In this document: in pieces, positions 39,114-51,260 of the stretch | Layout: each line of letters begins with the position of its first letter | How positions within the stretch are numbered: the stretch's first letter is position 1 | NCBI GenBank assembly: GCA_951406725.2 | Contig: OX597825.1 | Coordinates: 70,618,001 to 70,682,000, forward strand | Direction: 5' to 3' | Length of the DNA stretch: 64,000 nt | From: Octopus vulgaris | Lineage: Eukaryota | The notes under the pieces: model-generated | What the model was told of the DNA's origin: nothing | Seen by the model: only the letters and a program-made list of their open reading frames with translations | Databases searched by the model: none | Translations under genes and position numbers: made by a program

Positions 39114-39215
39114 TTCCATCCCGTTGGTATTCTTTACCAGCAGAAATAAAGGCAGCAACACATCTGAAGAATGCTCTCAGCAATCCCCACCGCAAAATAG
39201 CGACTGGATCAACTC
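39114..39215 (-). CDS. MYO9: Myosin IX exon: start of class IX loop-2 insert (GVDPVAILRWGLLRAFFRCVAAFISAGKEYQRDG)
   Basis: 102 nt, TTTCAG acceptor, GTAAGT donor, phase 1/1; resembles the vertebrate MYO9 DPVAVFRWA.LRA segment. Confidence 0.96.
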
Positions 39216-39301
39216 CTGAAATATTAATTGATTAAGAAATAAATTACATTTCATACTTAACGGAACAACACATTCAACTTGACAAAATAACATCGACATC
39301 A

Positions 39302-39663
39302 TCTCCGTATATATAAACGGCAAAATGTCTGTGTGTGTCCTTTATACAAATCCACAATTTTTCAGTTAGAGGGCTCGCACTTTCTATGGTCATTTAAAAC
39401 CGTCCAAGGATGGTCGTGCACATCTTTACATTTCCCCAGTCACTCTGCAAAGCCATTAAAAAATCAATAGAAGTGACTATTTTGTGAATTTTCTGTCCAA
39501 AACCCAATCAAAATGCCCGAAACTTGATACGCCAATTGAATGCCAGCTAGCTGTATGTGATTGGTCAGAGATTTGGACAGTATGCGGGTGTATGTGCACA
39601 CACACGCAGCTGTATATGCATGAACTAGCACTATGACCCAGCGTTGCCAGGTCCTAGTGCTAG
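39302..39663 (+). mobile_element. Short non-autonomous Helitron-like element
   Basis: A|TC start; terminal hairpin AACTAGCACTA.GACC...GGTC.TAGTGCTAGTT ending in CTAG|T. Confidence 0.65.
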
Positions 39664-39711
39664 TTCATGTTATTTTGTCAATAAGCATAGAGAAGAAAGG
39701 ATGTAACTTAC

Positions 39712-39802
39712 CAAGTAGTTCTTTGACAAAAACCGAACTACTGTTCTTGAGAACTCCGACAATATCAGTACGTATGAGGTCAGAATTCTTCTCTCGGAAA
39801 TC
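39712..39802 (-). CDS. MYO9: Myosin IX exon (DFREKNSDLIRTDIVGVLKNSSSVFVKELL)
   Basis: 91 nt, CTGTTTAG acceptor, GTAAGT donor, phase 0/1, conserved F.EKN.D. Confidence 0.96.
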
Positions 39803-39881
39803 CTAAACAGAAACACGACAGTAGATAAATAAATAGATGAATTTTTTTTAATCCAAAGGGAAATTTGATATAATAATCACT

Positions 39882-39930
<49 letters not shown>

Positions 39931-40896
39931 CATGCATGCACACATACACAAACAGGTTGTGCACACACGAGAGTCAAGTAAACCTTTCTGTGGCTGCTTG
40001 ATCTGCAAGGAATAGCAACCAAAATTATTCCTAAAAAATTATCTACTACCTTAAAAAAAAGGGTATCATGGACAATATAGTCAAATATATATAAAAAGAT
40101 GAGATGGTCATGGCCGGAATGCCTTTGATTATAGCTCTGCCTGGTCAGGTGCAAAAGTACCTCCTCTCTTCTAAATTTTCTACTCCCCATACACTTTCAT
40201 CAAATTTATATATTCTTTCTTCACATAAACTCTTGAAATAAAACTCCACTCTCTCACTATTAAATATTCAAGCCAAAAGGAAACATCAAGATGGTCACTC
40301 AGCTTGCTAGAAATAGCAGCCAAAACTTCATTGTTTTCCATGCTAGCTTGGATGGTTTGATGTGAACCAACAAGACTGAGGACTACACTGAGCTCCAATT
40401 TCTGTTTTCACATTGTTTCTACAGCTGGACGATTTTCTTAATACCAACCACTTTACAGAATGTACCATGTGCATTTTTTTGGGGGGTGTCATACTGGTAC
40501 TAGTGAGTTCACCAAGTAACTTGCAAGACAAGACCCCCATCCCCAATTGAGTAAGGGGTATAGTACTGAGGAAAATAAAAATACAATTGAAGGATAAGAA
40601 GAGGGGTCTTGCTGAAGAAGAGACACAGGGCTTAAAAAAACAAAGATCAGACAGAATAGTCATAACTGTGATCTTTTTGACCATAGCTTTGATTGACCAG
40701 AGCTGATCAAAGATTGAACAATAACAAGTGGGACCCTTTGTATGAAAAGTCAATGTACCAGGATTTGAAACGGAAACCAGTGGCTCCAATAAATATGATA
40801 TTAGGAAATGTCCATTCAATCCCCCCATTGTATTTATGTTAACTTGACAACAGTAACTTTTAGTTATTAAATATCTATAGTTTTCCTGACATCATA

Positions 40897-40930
<34 letters not shown>

Positions 40931-41188
40931 TATTTATTTATGACCTATTCCTTATATACTCAGGTTTATATTTGTACATTCGCATCATAGTGTTTTCCAA
41001 GCATCTTTTTAATGCTAGTACAAACAACATTGTTCTTGTGCTCCGGGCCGAATGTCAACAACATTTCTGTGTGAGAGATAACCAAGCAAACAAGGAAATT
41101 AAAGTGGAAAGACATACTTCAAGCAGGAGTGGCATGGAGTGTAAATTGCACAAAAAAAAAAAAGGAAAAAAAAAAAAGGTCAACTCAC

Positions 41189-41330
41189 CACTGTGCTGTA
41201 CTTGACTTTGCCAGCATAATGGACAACCACGAAGGCACCTTCCCGAAGTTGGGGCACCTCATAATAAGGTTTGCCCTTATGATGACGGTTGAACTTGGAC
41301 AATAGGGTGTCATTACTAGCACCAGGAAAA
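41189..41330 (-). CDS. MYO9: Myosin IX exon (FPGASNDTLLSKF...FVVVHYAGKVKYSTV)
   Basis: 142 nt, TCTCGCAG acceptor, GTGAGT donor, phase 2/0, conserved HYAGKV.Y. Confidence 0.97.
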
Positions 41331-41670
41331 CTGCGAGAAAAAAAAGAGCAAAAATGTTAAAAGCAGGAAACAAACAAAATAAAATAATAAACACTGCATA
41401 TTTATTGTTTTATATATAGATGGGAGTATTTGTGTATAAATGTGTTGAGAGGTCATGTCATCATCGTCATCATCCACCATCTGTCGTCAAGATTGTTATC
41501 ATCATCATCATCATCACTGTTTAATATCTGTTTTCCTTGTTGGCATGGGTTGGACAGTTTGCCAGCATGGAAAAATAGAAATTAAATGATGAAGGCGATG
41601 ATGACGACAATGACATTTATACCCTCCCCACATATTTATACACATATACACACATCTCTTATACACACAC

Positions 41671-41801
<131 letters not shown>

Positions 41802-41914
41802 TAGATATAGATAGATATATAAATTTATATAAATAAGGATAAGATCGTTATTTAAATATCGAACTTATCAGGTGGCCAGCATGGAAATAAAAACCTTCAA
41901 AGGTAATAATCATT

Positions 41915-42099
41915 ATAAAAATTATAATTTAGGGTATCTAAGAGATACCACCATGCTTGAAATAGCAGCCAAACCTTTACTCTAAAACCACATTAAAAGT
42001 TCATACAGTACCAGGTGCTGTATGAACATTTAAATGTGGTTTTAGAGTCAAGTTTTGGCTGCTATTTTAAGTGTGGTGGTATCTCTTAGATACCTAAAT

Positions 42100-42110
<11 letters not shown>
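41915..42110. repeat. Long near-perfect palindrome (about 97-bp arms, centre about 42013)
   Basis: ATTATAATTTAGGGTATCTAAGAGATACCACC...CAGTACC-A-GGTGCTG...GGTGGTATCTCTTAGATACCTAAATTATAAT. Confidence 0.92.
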
Positions 42111-42175
<65 letters not shown>

Positions 42176-42845
42176 TGTATGTATTGCTTTTGGCCATTTT
42201 AATATAGCTGTCCTCTATGTAAATAAAATATTATATTAATAAAAAGATTTATTTAGATAACCCTTATATACATATATATTTATACACACACACACACGTT
42301 TCCATAATAAATACTTGAAAACATTATATAGCTGAAAGATTAAAATTTATATTAATTAAAGGACATACTGAGTATGTCTACCTGCTAGAAATAACAGTCA
42401 AAATTCTTATTTAAATCACCAATATATATATTTGTGTGTGTGTGTGTGTATGTGTGTGTGCATGCATGTGTATGTATTTGTCCCCACCTCACCCTCTATT
42501 GCTTGACAACTAGTATTGGTGTGTTTACACACCCTGTAACTTAGCAGTTTGGCAAAAAGGGACCAACGGAAAAAGTACCAAGCTTTAAAAACAAAAGAAA
42601 TAAGTTGATTTGTTTGACTAAACTATTTCAAGGAGGTGGTGCCCCAGCATGGCCACAGTCTAACAAATGAAACAGGAAAACGATAAAATATTCCATTGTT
42701 GATATTAATAAAAGATGTATATGTGTGTGTGTGCATGTGTGTGTGTGTGTGTGTGTGTCTGTCTGTGGGCGTGTGTGTAAATATATTTCATACACATAAA
42801 GAAGTGCTCTTCCTAAAAACTGACTCTCTCTCTCTCTCTCTTTCA

Positions 42846-42888
<43 letters not shown>

Positions 42889-43257
42889 TACACTGGAATT
42901 AACTATTCCACAGCTAAAGCTTGGCCTTGTCCTACTCTGCAGCAATTAACTCATTAACAAATTTAACCAAAAAAAATAATAATAATAATTAAATAAAAGA
43001 AAAATTGTAATTAATTTATTTTTGCCCTGAACATAAAAGCTATCAATTAAAATAACCCTTTCTACAATAGGTACACAAGGCCTGAAATTAGGGCGAAGGG
43101 GGCTAATTGATAACATCAGCCCCAGCACATGACTGGTACTTATTTCACTGAGCCTGAAAGGATGAAAGGCAAAGTTGACCTTGGTGGCATTTGAACTCAG
43201 AACCAAAATATGAGAGTTATAAAATAGTACTGTTAATTAGGAGAGAATATACAGCAG

Positions 43258-43664
43258 GGATCTTTTCGGTTTGAACGGCAGTTTTTAACATAATTTGTAG
43301 GTAACTAAAAAAATTTTAAACTTTGTATACTGGTAGAAGGTGTTTATAAAACATCTTTTTCTCTTGGCTTTATTGAGAAAATTCTATGGTTAGTAAGATA
43401 TTCGTTGTTTATTTTTTCTTCAATTTCTGAAATTTCAACCAATCACTGACGTTTATTGAGGTAAAAAACATTCTGTGCTGTATGAAAATGTCCTTCGTTT
43501 AAGAAACAGATTGGGTTTATTAACATTTGTGAAGAAAAAAAGATACCCTAACCCTAACCCGAAAAGAGATTGAAATGCAATAGATCGATACTAGGGTTAT
43601 AATTATGGGTGACAATTTCATATGATACCGCTAGAAAAAACTGCCGTTCAAACCGAAAAGATCC
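43258..43664. mobile_element. MITE with 29-bp TIRs (GGATCTTTTCGGTTTGAACGGCAGTTTTT)
   Basis: Perfect TIRs; degenerate 8-bp TSD TACAGCAG/TACAATAG; internal CCCTAACCCTAACCC. Confidence 0.85.
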
Positions 43665-44088
43665 TACAATAGCATTGTAGGGGGAAGGAAAATAGACGAG
43701 AGTATAGGGAGAGGTAGAGAGGATAGAAGTGAGAGAGATGAGAGAGAGAGAGAGAGAGAGAGATTGAAATATAAGAGAGAAATGAGAGATACAAGAACAA
43801 ATGAGAGGTGAAAGAAAAAGAAACGTGAGAATAAAAGAGAGAATTGAGAAAGGAGAGGGGAGGTGACAAAGAGAAAGAAAGAGGCGAGAGAAAGAGGGGA
43901 TGAAGGGAGTGGTGGGAGGGGAAGAAGATGTGAGATGTGAATGAGAGAGAGAGAGAGTGTATGAAATGACATAGAAAGAGTGTGTGTGTGTGTGTGTAGC
44001 TGAGAGGGAGAGGGGAGGGGAGACAGACAGACAGACAGCAAAAGACAGAAAGACAGACAGAAAGAGGCAGGCAGGGCAAAGAGACTGA

Positions 44089-44134
<46 letters not shown>

Positions 44135-44304
44135 AAGACAGGGAGGGAGGGAGACAGAGTGAGAGACAGACAGACAAACAGGCAGGTAGGAAGGCATAGA
44201 CAGACAGACTGACAGGTAGAGAAAAGGTACCTCAAAAAGAAGTACCTCAACCCATAACAACCTGCACAACCCATACCAGCATGGAAAGCAGACAAGCAGA
44301 GATA

Positions 44305-44343
<39 letters not shown>

Positions 44344-44388
44344 AATGAAATGGTTGCAATTACTATAATTTAATTCCTGAATACATAC

Positions 44389-44510
44389 TTGCACTCTTCA
44401 TCTAGCAAGCAGAAAAGACCATTAGGTTTTTTAGAAAAAAGTTCCAGACAACCAGTATTGTCAATAAATTCAATATTTTTCCACTGAATTCCTTCTCGTT
44501 GGTACTCTTC
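44389..44510 (-). CDS. MYO9: Myosin IX exon ([40 protein letters not shown])
   Basis: 122 nt, TTTGCAG acceptor, GTATGT donor, phase 0/2, conserved LLDEEC. Confidence 0.97.
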
Positions 44511-44708
44511 CTGCAAAGACAGAATTCCAGAAATAAATCATTCGACTGCAAAAAATTACAGCGGGCAGCAGCTGAAATCAATAACTAGATTTAACTTATA
44601 CGCAATGATGGTAATGATGAGGACAACAGCACTGGTGATGATGAGGACGACAGCACTGGTGGTGATGGTGCTGGTTATGGGGATGGAATGAGGATGACAA
44701 TGATGGCC

Positions 44709-44754
<46 letters not shown>

Positions 44755-45884
44755 AGATGACGATGGTGATTAGATGGAAGAAAATCTAATGAGCTATAAC
44801 AGATATAGTCGTCAGCTTCTTAAATTTTGTCTTTACAAAACCAAGCAGAAAATGCACAGGATTACGAGGTCCTGTTAGTTCTATCTTAATGAGGAGCGAT
44901 CAGCCTCTCTAGAGTCGGTGCCACAAGAAAACGCAGCCACTGCACTTTGTAGAGTGACTGACGATAGGAAGAGGTCATCTAGATGTAGAAACCATGCCAA
45001 AATGACACGTATAAGCACCAGTCCATAGAGGGCAGTGGCCCTCAACAAGAACAGCCTCAACCTATAACATCCTGCACAACCCATACCAGCATGGAAAGCA
45101 GACATAAAATCATGATGACATGAATGAAATGGTTGCAATTACTATAATTTGATCTGTTGTCTGGCCTAACACCATTGTTTGGCCCTTAGGTGCTTTTAGC
45201 AGAAGTAGTCATTGCATGGTAAGCATTTAGGTTAGGGTGCTCTCACTCTCAGGGTTATTTCTGACTTTAGGAGATTTTGAAAAGAACCATTAAGTACAGC
45301 ATTTCCTCCTAAGAAAAACCCAACAAAACCTCACCACGTCTGGTATCATTCCTGAATACTCATATTGTATATGTATATGTGAGTTTTGATTGAGAACTGC
45401 TGATTTTTGATTGAAATAACACACTGCTTTGGCTATGCCTTCTAACACTGAGTAAAATGGCAGTAGGGTCTAATTTAGGACTCATTTAAACAATCACCAG
45501 AGGAGGTGTATTTTACACCTTGGATAGACATTAATGATTACACATCTTACCAATATACAATGGATGTAAGAAATAGTCAAAACAATTGCAGTGATTTTAA
45601 ATAACGAACGTTATTAATTCCATTTTCTATCATTTATCTATTTATATAAACACTACAGATACTATGTGAAGGTGCGTGCTTTAGTGGTTAGGGCATTCGG
45701 CTCATGATCGTAAGATCATGAGTTCAATTCCCAGCGATGTGTTATGTCCTTGAGCAAGACACTTTATTTCACGTTGCTCCCGTCCACTCAGCTGGTAAAA
45801 ATGAGTTGTACCTGTATTTCAAAGGGCCTTTGAAATACAGGTACAACTTCAACATTTAGTCTCAGTAACTTATTGTAATTCCAC

Positions 45885-46290
45885 CTTGTTGCAGTGGGGG
45901 GGAGGCTTGAATGCCTCAATGACCATGAGTGGAGTAAAGTTCTTCGTTGGGCTTTCAATACAGGGCAGATCAAAGAACAGAGGCAAGACTAATATGGCCC
46001 ACCTATTTCCAGAGGTAGAAATGGGTTTACAAAGAGCCGAAAAATCCACCTAGAAAATAGAATCCAAGTGACAGAAGCATCAATGATGATTCAAAACCAA
46101 CAAGGCCTGAGAGAGGAAGGCCTTCCAACAGGCAAACATACAACATACTGCAGCAAAATCCAAAAGGAAGCTGCAAAGATGTGGAGATAAGTAAGGATCA
46201 TATTGGAGAAAAGTAGAAAAGACAGCTCCAAATCAAGAACAATGAAGAAAATTTGTTGATGGTCTAAGCTCTACAAACAAGGCTTAGAAA
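45885..46290 (+). mobile_element. RTE-like non-autonomous retroelement remnant
   Basis: 5' part similar to about 50605-50860; 3' part resembles an RTE ORF end (W..VEK.A.N...W..FV.GL.S). Confidence 0.45.
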
Positions 46291-46399
46291 TAATTTATTT
46301 TAATTACAGGGATTTACTAAATAAAAAAAAAAAGACAATACAATCCATCTTTCTGTTTGAAGGAATTTGATGATGCATGAATTTCTGTTGCGTTCTTAC

Positions 46400-46534
46400 C
46401 TGTTCCAACTTGAAGATGTGTTGGTTGAAATAATACTGGAGGTGTTCGTTTGCATAATTAATACAAAACTGCTCAAAGCTATTTTTATGAAAGTCTTCAA
46501 AACCAAATATATCCAGAACTCCAATAGAATTTCC
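46400..46534 (-). CDS. MYO9: Myosin IX exon: switch II / relay helix ([45 protein letters not shown])
   Basis: 135 nt, TTTCTTAG acceptor, CAG|GTAAGA donor, phase 0/0, canonical DIFGFE motif. Confidence 0.97.
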
Positions 46535-47445
46535 CTAAGAAAGTAATTAAAGTTATTAGAAGTTTCATGATTTTCAAAAAAAAAAAAAAAGGAAAAAAAA
46601 AGAAAAATAAGATATAGAAAAACAGGAACAAATACAATATTCACCAGGAAATGTATCAGAGGAAAAAGGAAAAATATAGTTTAATAAGCATGTAATAAAA
46701 TTAAAATATAAATTATATACAGTTTTGGTTCCTGAAATGGGTCACTGAGTGCTTTTATAGTCGTGTGGTTAAAAAGGTCACTTTGCAGTCCTGTAGTTCC
46801 TCGGTTCAATCCTGCTGCACAGCATCTTGAGCAAAGTGTCTTCTTTTCTGTTTTTTTTTGGTTTTTTTTTAAATCTGTTTCCGATCAATCCAAGACTTGC
46901 CAGTGGAATCAGGGTAGGCAGAAATTGCGTTGGACAGGGATATATTTGTTGTTGGGTGGGGGGTTAATACTACTGTCATTACTGCAATCAGGGCCTTGGG
47001 TAGCAGTTTCACACCACCCCAACTAACACTATAACTGGGCTCTTGGGGAAGTGGTTTACCACCACCACAATCAGCTACTTGCTAGCTGGCTCCATGTCAA
47101 ACCATCCAACTGATGTCAGCATGGAATGAGGACACTAAAAAGTGATGATGGTGATGATGATGATGATGATCATCATCATCATCAGAATCTCAAAGCATGA
47201 CTAATTCAAAACAATGTGAATAAATAAGTATTACACACAACAGAATAATCTAAATAACCCAAGTTTTAAAGGGTTAAAGGGCCCGCTCAGCCATGAACAT
47301 TCACACTGAGTCTCTAGTCTAAGGTGAACCAAGATATTGCTCCATTTCTCTTACCAGTCTTGGAGATTCTACAATCATCAGGGTGGGCATCCTTTCTTCT
47401 CTTATAAAAATTTTATGAAAAAATTAAGATAACAGGTGGAGGTGT

Positions 47446-47673
47446 TTAACCCTTTTGTTACCGTATTTATTTGGAGATGCTCTGTTTCTTTCAATTAATT
47501 TTAAATATAAGAAAGAATTTAGTAAAATAACTTAGTTATCATTCAGCTAGTGTTAGGAACATAAATAGTGACTAAGGTTTGGCGGAAGATTTTAATTCAA
47601 AACTTATGAAAACAAGACATTTGTACTACAGAGCCAGAGGCGGTTTCAGCTGGGTTGGTAATGAAAGGGTTAA
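47446..47673. mobile_element. piggyBac-like MITE
   Basis: TTAA|CCCTTT...AAAGGG|TTAA termini; diverged relatives at about 22490-22716 and about 5070-5190. Confidence 0.75.
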
Positions 47674-49003
47674 ACTAAAAAAGTAGGTGGGTTGGATAAT
47701 GTGGCCATAAGTTCTTTTGATATAGGAAACAATGACAGGATGGTCATGGTTGGTTAGAAGTACAGTATTATACTATGTAGCATACTGTTCTACAGTATAT
47801 ACAATGTTTGTGTGTGTGTGTACATACACACACATACACATGCATGCACATACACACACAAATGATTTCCTTTGCTGTTTCAAATAAGAAAACACAAGCA
47901 ACTCACACCTTGAGTTTTAGCTTAACTTCAGGTAAACTTCAGGTCAACTTGGATCATTTTAACAAGTACCAATTAACTTTTTCCAATTCCAGTCCACCTA
48001 CCAAAACCCATTCTAAATTCGACATAATCTTGGATTGAATTCTCATTATTTCATGAAGAATAATTAATAAAATTAGATTTCAACTTGTGGAAAAACAAAA
48101 GTAAGGTTATTTCACTAAACCTCACATAATCCTCGAACATTTCTGAAAATTTAAACACAAAATGCAGAACGTATTTTTGTAATAAACATGACAACAAAAA
48201 TGGTTAAATACAACTGGAATATCAGAAAAGAACACATTAAAATTAACCAGTAATCTTCCTTTATTATTACTCTCTCTCTCTCTCTGAGAGCAAGAGAGAG
48301 AAAGGATCTGCAAGTGAATTCAGGGATTATTAAACACACTTCATTTATGAAATATAATTTTCAAAACAAAAAAAAAAATGAAAGGAAAGAAGACATAGAA
48401 AAGGCAGAAAAGAAAATGGTAAATCCAAAATTAAATGCTAAATTCTATTTAACGACTGAATTAAAACAAACAAAATTGTTGTTGTTGTTGTTGTTGTAAA
48501 ATGTAATATCACAGTAGAAATGTGAAGAGAAAATTATCAGATCTGACTTAGCAATGGGGGAGGGTGCATAAACAGAGAGTAAGAGACAGAATTTAAACTA
48601 GGAATAATTCTTAAGAAAGGAAAAATTTACTAAGCTTCTATTACTGTGTGTGTGTGTGATTTTTTGCATTTCTAATACCTTGGTTGTATATTATCTAAAG
48701 ATCGATAAAAATTCTAAAATGTGAAAAGGGTAAAAATCATAGAGGCAGAACAAATTGAATTAAGATTTAGGGAGAAGTGACCCAGTTTCTTTCTTTCTTT
48801 CTTTCTTTCTTTCTTTTTCTTTATCTTTTTTTACCCCTGGGTTGCTGTAAGTGGTTACAAGATTCTGAGCCAATAATTAAGTGGTTGCTAACGAGTGGCT
48901 TTTAATCTGATGAACTGATCGCTAAGAGGCACAATCTTAATCTAAATTATAAAAACAACAACCACAATGATAAAAACAACCATAAATAATAATAGTAATA
49001 ATA

Positions 49004-49053
<50 letters not shown>

Positions 49054-49437
49054 CCTTTTGTAGTATCTGGCAAGTAAATTTTGATTTGAGATTTTCTTAA
49101 AACTCCCTTCTATTGTTGACATAGATTCCTACTGCCTGTGTAGCTATATTTATATATACACATTACCTGTGTAGATATATTTATACATATTTCATGCTTA
49201 GCTATAATCATATACACCCAGTGTCTGTGTTGATTTTATATATATATATATATATATACATACACAACACATATATATATACACACACACATAAGAGGAA
49301 TATATGTAATACAATTATGTATGTAATACAATTTTTCTGAATCTTCAGATTTTTCTATATGCTAGATCACTGGTTTTAAATTGATATTAATCAAATTAAT
49401 ATTCAATTTTTCAACCTTATCATTTTAAATATATATA

Positions 49438-49492
<55 letters not shown>

Positions 49493-51221
49493 CACATAGC
49501 GCTTGTGTAGATATATTCACATACGTAACTTGTGTAGCTATAATCATACACACCACAAGTATGGATATATTTATACACACCGCTTGCATAGCCATAGTTA
49601 TATACACCTGCTACCTGTGTCGATGTAGTTACACACAACACTTATGAACATACATCCATACATATAATTCGTGTAGATATATACATATAATTTGTGTAGA
49701 TATATTCATATAAGTGTAGATATAACTATACACACTCACTGCATGTGTGGATATATTTATACACGCAATGCTTGCGTAGATAAATTTATACACACTTCAG
49801 AAAAAAATAGATATAATTTTGATATTTTAAGATGGATATTTTTTAATAAGTGAATCCAAAGAGGAAAGGGCCCCTATCCATAGCTGAAGCAGGCTGAATG
49901 CTTGCAACAATAATGAACCTTAAGAAAGGTACATAAGGACCAATTCTATTTTGGGTGATTTTGAAAAAAAAAATACACACGCATACACACGCACACACAC
50001 ACGCACACACACACACACACACACACTTCTAAAGCATTAAGTTTTCAAATTACAACTAGAGAATTGGTATTTATTTTTAGTGTACAATCTTATGAGTAAC
50101 CCAGCAATCAGAGTGTATATAACTAAATGAGGCTAATTAACAAGTATAAAGCTGACAGTTTATCAGTGTTTAATTACTTTCCTATCACTGCTTAAATCTT
50201 TTAATCCTATTTTAAACTCAGGCTCTTAACATTCAGAATACAAAGAAGATATGACATTTTCCGGAATATAATTAGTGAAAACAACGTTCACATCCTTAAG
50301 TGAAAGTTAGAAAGCAACTGCAGAATAGCACCAGTTGAAGGAGGGGGTTCTTTGTAGTCACTCAACTTGCTAGAAATAACAGTCAAACTCCATACAATCA
50401 TATTCTACTGTCTTAAAATAAAGAAGGATATCATGGCTGGAACACCTTAGATCGTAAGTCTGCCTAATTCTGGTTCAATTTGTGGTAGGTATAAGGCCAG
50501 CAATTTTAAGGGGTAGGGGCTTAGTTGGTATATGCCTGGTACTTTATATATGTACCAGGTATATGCCTGGTACTTTATATTTGCTATCATTATTATGTTT
50601 AGTCCTTGTTGCAGTGTGATGGCTTGAATGTCTTAATGGCCCCGAGAGCTATGTCATTGGAGCACAAAGTCCTGGTAGGGCCTCCCATGCTTAACATGGT
50701 CAAAGGACAGAGGCCAAACTAAAATGGGCCACCACTTCCCAAAACTAAAAATGGGTTTGCATAGGACCAAGACCCCAACCTAGAAAAATGCAAAGTTGCA
50801 GAAGCATTGATGATAATTCAAAACCAATATGACCTGGGAGATGAAGACTTTCTTCTACAGAAGACACTGGTTTACATGGTCATCCAGCCAGCTAGAAATA
50901 ACAGCCAATCTCTTTTATACTACATTAAAACATCTTAAATTTAAAAAGTAGGCGTGTTGAATAATGTGGCCATAAGTTCTTTGGATATAGGAAAAAATGA
51001 CAGCATGGTCATGGTTGGTTAGAATGTCTATGATTGTAAGTCTGTCTGCTCGATCAGAGCTAACCTAGGACTACACAACAACAACAACAACAAACTAATT
51101 ATATTAGTGATGCTAATTATAATAACAACTACAATTTAAGATCATAAATGTATGGATGTGTGTGTGCATGCATTTGCAGGTCAGTGTGTGTGAAAGAGAG
51201 AGAGTATGTATGTGTGAGAGT

Positions 51222-51260
<39 letters not shown>

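Noticed and set aside
43546-43560. Telomere or interstitial telomeric site
   Set aside because: Only about 2.5 CCCTAA units, internal to a MITE
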